A stretch of 63,163 nt of DNA, filler included, from a bacterium (GTDB lineage: Bacteria > JAMOTN01): assembly GCA_027062325.1 (NCBI GenBank). It is 3 parts of 3 records of this genome, joined end to end, with 100 filler letters (N's around TTAATTAATTAA, not from the genome) between each part and the next. Parts side by side here need not be neighbours in the genome. Positions count along the whole stretch, not along the records: positions 46,016 to 63,163 come from JAMOTN010000073.1; 2 more parts are not named here. One strand, given 5' to 3'. Positions 59,901 through 63,163 of the stretch are shown piece after piece; position 1 is the first letter of the stretch; every line of letters begins with the position of its first letter. Under the pieces are notes generated by a model that saw only the letters and a list, made by a program, of their open reading frames with translations, was not told the DNA's origin and ran no database searches. The position numbers and the translations under genes are program-made.

Positions 59901-62900
59901 ACCCGGATCTACACTCAAATTTATCGCTCCGCCACCACCGGAGAAGAGATTTGAGTCGTAAACATTATCTCCAATAGTAGTATCACCTGGTGATTCACCC
60001 AGCAAAAGATCCGCTTTTAAGCTTTCTCCAATGTAAATTCTCAAGACAACTTCTTGAGTTGAACCAAGGTTATTAGCACTATCTGGACCAATTACTATTT
60101 TGAATTCATATATACCACTTGCTGGCAAAGGATTGGGAATCTTTACGTGCAAAGTGGCGTATTCCTCCTCATTAAAGATCTCCCATCTTCTTACTTCAGC
60201 TCCAGAGTAAGCAGTACCGCTACCTGTTAAAACACTACCATCAGAACACTCCAAGGAAGCAGTCAAACCTGCTGCCGCAGTGTATTCAAATTTAAATCTG
60301 TCATTAGCATTCCCCCTGTTGCGTACCTTAATTCCAAAATTGTATATTGTACCTGCAGAAGGAGAATCAAGAGCAAACACTTTGTAATCTGGATCGTTAT
60401 CTGTAACTCCCGCATCAAGAGAATATATCTCTGCCGAAGTTTTACCAACGTATAATACCTCAATGGTGATACCAACACCATCGGTTGCATTAGCAAAATT
60501 TCCAGCTCCGTCTTGAAAATATGTATTAGCATTGTAAGCATGTTCAGAGGAGGCAAACACAACATAACTGTAAACTCCAGCAGTAGCAGCAGGAGAATTT
60601 GGTACCGTCACATTTACCGAAAAACTGAATGGTGCAGACGTATAGGGACTCTGTTGATAAAATTGAGTTCCCGTCTCACCAATAACCCTTGGATCTGTAG
60701 ATCCAGAAGCAGCAAGTCCTGAAGCACTCACAGCTCCGCTCCAGTCAGACAGTATATTTTCTCCAGAAACCACTCCAATATAATAGTTTTCTATTGTATT
60801 AGCTAAATTGTAGAGCCTGATATTGAATACAGCTGTATCTCCTGGCTTAACGGAAATTGTACTCCCTGCACCTGCAGTATCATAAGCAGGAGTTCCAATG
60901 GGATCAATCAAATACATATTGCGTGCCCTCTCTACGCCATCATCTCCAGTTACACTCAAATCTACTCCTGAATAAGGAGCAACCGTTAATTCTATTCGTC
61001 CTGCGTCTCTTATACGATTTGGTATTGAAGCTTCAAAAGGTACGGAGTAATGCAACGCTTCAGTATGGTTTAATATATTTACTGTCAAATCTGTAGAAAC
61101 TGTAGAGAAAGCTGCAGCAGCTGGATTAGGAGTTGCCGGTATAACTTCAACTGAAGGGTTTGGCACTGAAAATGGTGCAAATGTTATGGTGAGATCTGAG
61201 TTAGATCTGTTTTCAGCCGTAGCGTAAATTGTAGCATTACTTCCAGGCAATATTGCGTTTGGAATAGTAAACACTGCACCATTGTGAGGAGGAGTCACAT
61301 CTGTATCAAAATTTCCGTAACCATTGCTATTAGTACCATCTCCTAAAACCAAATCAACGTCAAACACTGAACCTATTGTAACGTGCATGGTGGCATAATC
61401 CTCACCTGTAATAGTATTATCACTGGCAGCTCTTGAAATAACATGAATAATAACTTCGTACAAAGTTCCGGCCACTATCTGATTATCCGCCGCATTAGGA
61501 ATTGAAAAGTTAAACTGTAGAAGTGCGCTCTTCAGCTTCCCAACACCATTGTAAGGAGGATAACTCAAATTCGCACTACTAGAAGTCCCCGGACCTGCTG
61601 ACCACTCAGCTGTCCAGTTATTGCCATCTCCATCAAACACTAAGACCGATTCTATCTCTACAGATAAATCATCGTTAACGTCAGCTGTAACTTCCGCCGA
61701 AACCGTGCGTGTATAAGTTATGGAAGCAGCAGCTCCTGTGGCAGGTAGTAAGGTTTCAGTAGTTTCATTAAAAGGAGGGGTAGAAACATTCGGGAATTTG
61801 AGATTTATAGGAACCGTGGCAACTACTGGAACAGTGAAGTTCATCAAAGCCGTAACTCCAGCAGCGGTAATAGAACTACATTGAACAGTTATTTGGTAAT
61901 CCCCAGCTTTCGGAGGATAATCTCCCACTCCACCTACGGCGGGAGTGCGGGGAATATCTATATTAAGAGCAACTTCTTCAGTTGCTTGGGGAGCTATATC
62001 AGATAAAGTTGTAGTAGAAGAGGGTTGAGTAATGGTTACTGTCCAACCAGAAGGGTAATTTGTTATGCTTAGATTAACACTTTGAGTTGCATTTGAAAGA
62101 TCTCCATTCAATACTTCAAAGGTTGCACTCATGGGATAAGTCCCATCATACTCGACATCACTTTTACTAATTTGAGCACCATTTATGGATTGTAAGATCT
62201 TGCTTCCCGGATCCGCACTATCTCCTTCATGATTAACTCCGTCTATAACTATGTCTACATCATAAGTAGCTGGCACTATTACAGTAAATTTAATACTGTC
62301 TGTTCCATAATATTCAACATCACTGTTATAAGGATTGTTGTATCGTGTCCTAACATAAAAAGTATATGTACCTGCAGTAGCATAAGCTGGCACTGTAACT
62401 TCAATAGTGACCAAGCGCTGAGCTTCTCCATCTACTGTAACAGTTGTACTATTATTAGTACTCCCATCCCATAGGTCTGTGATTGTTCCGGTATCTAATG
62501 TTATTCTCCACCCAGCAAAAGCCTGTGCTGCATTTCCAAGTGTAGAACAAGCCATTTTTACAAGATCAAATCTTATATCTTGGGAAATAGACAATTCATT
62601 CTCAATAGTGGATACAACTTGAAATACCGTATTATTTGCCACTTCAGATTGAGTCAATGTCTTTGAGACAGAGGATGCATTGCCTGCAACACTTAAGTCG
62701 TACTTGTTATCTCCATAATCCACCACCGAACAATTATCCACAGTGTATATCACTAAGTCAGTTTGCCATTTTCTAACTTTGACTTTAAACCATGCTTTAT
62801 CACTTATTCCAGGCTGTTTGGAATCCGCCCAAAATGGCACTACATAATCTCCGGGTGATAGCAATGATGGGTCAGCTGGTGTAGTCATTGTAAGATCAAC

Positions 62901-63161
62901 TTCAATAGAAGTATCAGGGCCAGCACCAATAGTTACGGTATCTCCAGAAACAAGAGGACTCCCTGCATCGGATGGAGAAGTTTTATAAACTGCGCTAAAT
63001 CCCCAACTTGAAAGTGTAGTCCAGTTTATTTTCACACTATCTGTGCTGGGAATTTCATTCTCAACAAAAAACACAGTATCTGTCGATAAAGGCAGGGAAG
63101 TTAAACTGTAATCAACATATATCGTTTCCGTTCCATCATTGTAAACATCTTGTCCCTCAAC
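53988..63161 (-). CDS. Giant repetitive surface protein (>3050 aa, 5' end outside the window) with Ig-like repeats and a FlgD-Ig/T9SS-like C-terminal domain
   Basis: Frame is open to the window edge; repeated modules (DL.I.G...PG...N.GN...P.GW.V...VP...G.Y); C-terminal TIYDSAGEVVKRI...WD...GVYLFKI...GKLFVAR. Confidence 0.88.
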   Translation of the reverse strand, partial: VEGQDVYNDGTETIYVDYSLTSLPLSTDTVFFVENEIPSTDSVKINWTTLSSWGFSAVYKTSPSDAGSPLVSGDTVTIGAGPDTSIEVDLTMTTPADPSLLSPGDYVVPFWADSKQPGISDKAWFKVKVRKWQTDLVIYTVDNCSVVDYGDNKYDLSVAGNASSVSKTLTQSEVANNTVFQVVSTIENELSISQDIRFDLVKMACSTLGNAAQAFAGWRITLDTGTITDLWDGSTNNSTTVTVDGEAQRLVTIEVTVPAYATAGTYTFYVRTRYNNPYNSDVEYYGTDSIKFTVIVPATYDVDIVIDGVNHEGDSADPGSKILQSINGAQISKSDVEYDGTYPMSATFEVLNGDLSNATQSVNLSITNYPSGWTVTITQPSSTTTLSDIAPQATEEVALNIDIPRTPAVGGVGDYPPKAGDYQITVQCSSITAAGVTALMNFTVPVVATVPINLKFPNVSTPPFNETTETLLPATGAAASITYTRTVSAEVTADVNDDLSVEIESVLVFDGDGNNWTAEWSAGPGTSSSANLSYPPYNGVGKLKSALLQFNFSIPNAADNQIVAGTLYEVIIHVISRAASDNTITGEDYATMHVTIGSVFDVDLVLGDGTNSNGYGNFDTDVTPPHNGAVFTIPNAILPGSNATIYATAENRSNSDLTITFAPFSVPNPSVEVIPATPNPAAAAFSTVSTDLTVNILNHTEALHYSVPFEASIPNRIRDAGRIELTVAPYSGVDLSVTGDDGVERARNMYLIDPIGTPAYDTAGAGSTISVKPGDTAVFNIRLYNLANTIENYYIGVVSGENILSDWSGAVSASGLAASGSTDPRVIGETGTQFYQQSPYTSAPFSFSVNVTVPNSPAATAGVYSYVVFASSEHAYNANTYFQDGAGNFANATDGVGITIEVLYVGKTSAEIYSLDAGVTDNDPDYKVFALDSPSAGTIYNFGIKVRNRGNANDRFKFEYTAAAGLTASLECSDGSVLTGSGTAYSGAEVRRWEIFNEEEYATLHVKIPNPLPASGIYEFKIVIGPDSANNLGSTQEVVLRIYIGESLKADLLLGESPGDTTIGDNVYDSNLFSGGGGAINLSVDPGQTKSVYVKLQNESNVTTSFEVSWGSSAPAGTITPSTWNVGVYENWTGLAIGPTKDSPDLAAFTGEAIYRVDITPPSDAVAGDSLTLYVNASREGDTSTGVDSVRITYTVNAKATCDLIIAGNGDGQYGDGTSGGQVTVDASPSSGTIIQTLTVENESNYDTSFTIRAYDVPVGWRVRFNGVEATSFITSVLTRTPPTNKQDITLEVIPDPETPAATPYTVYYIYFKVTLPDGSTESVALIVNWHPEAKVDLAVGDVSNSASGEGVIDTSASGLTGAGGSVTLSASAGETVATDIVVINAGNVDLNFAVNTVNAPAGWSVTFGGATSWSGICSLAASRLTNTVQVHVPDATPQGSYNIIVAGTSTNTGLATTTDSVTITVNVGLTAGADLVISGNGEGIKDPVGGGGASGILNLNPGQSGTLEIKVINTGNAALSYLLSSPGLAGWTVEFGKNGVWNTSYTTANIAAGGYDTCEIRITPPATGFLPQNIQVVLSQGTTVYDTGMVNVSDNIPPTVEGATYEVANNRIVIHFSEPISPTTFNLNLIRVVRQSDGTEILGNLNGAVPTWSGDNKTVTLDLTADQVNQIEQNLSQTLELDFAADSARDQGGNPLAAQQVTLGILPDLSAPHIVSITWNRNGTYDVSDDRIVIVFDKPIDDSSCVGQDATYIFEVSGEVGSFGVGSVIETGATPNDSVIEINVAPSAQLPIHDQTQISCVPGKIKSIWGGVPSSYEWHNIQVPGGPALIKVLYRSDGFSQRATPNDNSDDVLILIFDRPINDTTIDEAGEILNSFETVGVINFGDNPTFNTMDSGNDNKLAIVFNGNGVSGWAEGDQLHVRTTATFQDTSGNLPDLLDYSLRIEDASAPYPVKAIYYDDDNNGLDKGDRIVVTFSKSIQELESGNNPLTYLSISHDTGSFGAGATITKYNVNSVVITLGDNPELNIWDDAYTSITGAALNVNTFLTTYDKGRYSSNIIGTNGSAAKMATNAVGIDIKCLDTTAPALEKAEFIDNNHNAVVDEGDYVVLRFSRAVFLNRDITTVTPALIAQMFQPAGASPGDAATLLNVTSRRSTREVIIRIGGNGINLKIAGVYPAVTDATYISLASFPYFVSAASVEAVGNADLTIDDSTVPSLSNATVYSVETLPGYVDPLLGQATVEAAVSEPVVTSQSYLRCDVLDPADPVKEASFLRSTSPYKVGWSVNFSAAQLRDKLGEQTVYISACDLAGNCSATIPVKFRVIAPVYKATAESIPSIVVTNSGVTTVEIKIKAFYDSQSTGINRIRVVLDYRNVTQFTDYPANAITKIIADGSEIPFTPVPTASLLQVTTLEVTNLGSVKPENISIFIPFNSDNTVTGEVKVSLYVEDTAGRIVKIPAGDVDGNSYNGNKLNINFINFKCEDYSVDVQVIGDLARIMAVAKFNYPVTTTEAAVQVKAFLIPSTDKPPLSFSTVKWENLNNKGVFTGITYIWTNDPDYWSSTVDYHLLFQNVPVLYSGVASEVKTPTFEIYQWQRYVWNAFPAPEHFSAPGTQRWFILIKDENNYGTPEVKVWLPSLHSWKELKVDHLQGTLNYYISDFELNESDLVFATTSVRTEAEAANVWVKVGESERPIFDFSIQSSQTRTISLASSLELKVSAKSDYARFKMYMVSDTLPDDFEAALSKVATRSYAEAVIKTIKNSRSLIRTVAPLTGDVNQDNSGKDGEQSTPLPPTTSLYAAGIRPLTAKYVIEYENATVSAKLPPYTGIKTSDGRWIKDYIPSGVSFLAIEDLEKPKVEITLLNVRDIGNSDNQTRSSSSSPPQLVIAGIDLGSGLATIEYTLTDKSGLEEPTTRVIKASDYYLRRLEDLDLPEGEWRLTLRAFDRAGNVTELTRNFYSLGRSVVNSVKWGPVPVSTPPFRVFVTADQTPTKVYLTIYDSAGEVVKRIVETPADRVFTIEWDLTTDDFKDAKRGVYLFKIKIEFADGNSYKRFGKLFVAR

Positions 63162-63163
63162 AC

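Noticed and set aside
763-62474. Many short ORFs antisense or out of frame within long genes
   Set aside because: Shadow ORFs of well-supported genes with no independent evidence.
1-63163. CRISPR array, prophage, IS element, integron or rRNA
   Set aside because: No regularly spaced direct repeats, transposase, integrase or rRNA-like sequence seen by eye; both tRNAs are flanked by ordinary genes.

Overview
Low-GC bacterial sequence from a draft or single-cell/metagenomic assembly. Three contigs (1-23114, 23215-45915, 46016-63163) are joined by 100-nt artificial spacers (N44-TTAATTAATTAA-N44), so adjacency across the gaps carries no information. Gene content suggests a diderm (TamB-like, TolC, beta-barrel), anaerobic, H2-metabolising organism ([FeFe]-hydrogenase HydA, NuoF-like HydB, HydE); the Glu/Lys-rich proteins hint at thermophily (inference). 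Contig 1 is mostly housekeeping (feoA, divergent recR, pdxJ, glmS, rpoN, tsaE/tsaB, pckA, gpmI, rsmB-like, dnaK, tRNA-Pro) plus two tandem type IV pilins. Contig 2 holds a minor-pilin cluster, pepA, a sigma-54 activator, ftsY, tRNA-Leu and hydrogenase genes. Contig 3 holds TolC, tatD, dgkA with an LTA-synthase-family gene, mrp and a >3000-aa repetitive surface protein. No CRISPR array, rRNA or mobile element was seen. Most notable: (1) a tRNA-Leu with the rare bacterial anticodon AAG; (2) a near-consensus sigma-54 promoter in front of a stand-alone dnaK, alongside rpoN and an activator whose receiver domain cannot be phosphorylated; (3) pilins with a Cys3His pattern like the Zn site of C. difficile PilJ; (4) a giant Ig-repeat protein ending in a FlgD-Ig/T9SS-like domain; (5) a pseudo-histidine kinase. 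All calls come from motif recognition by eye; no searches were run.
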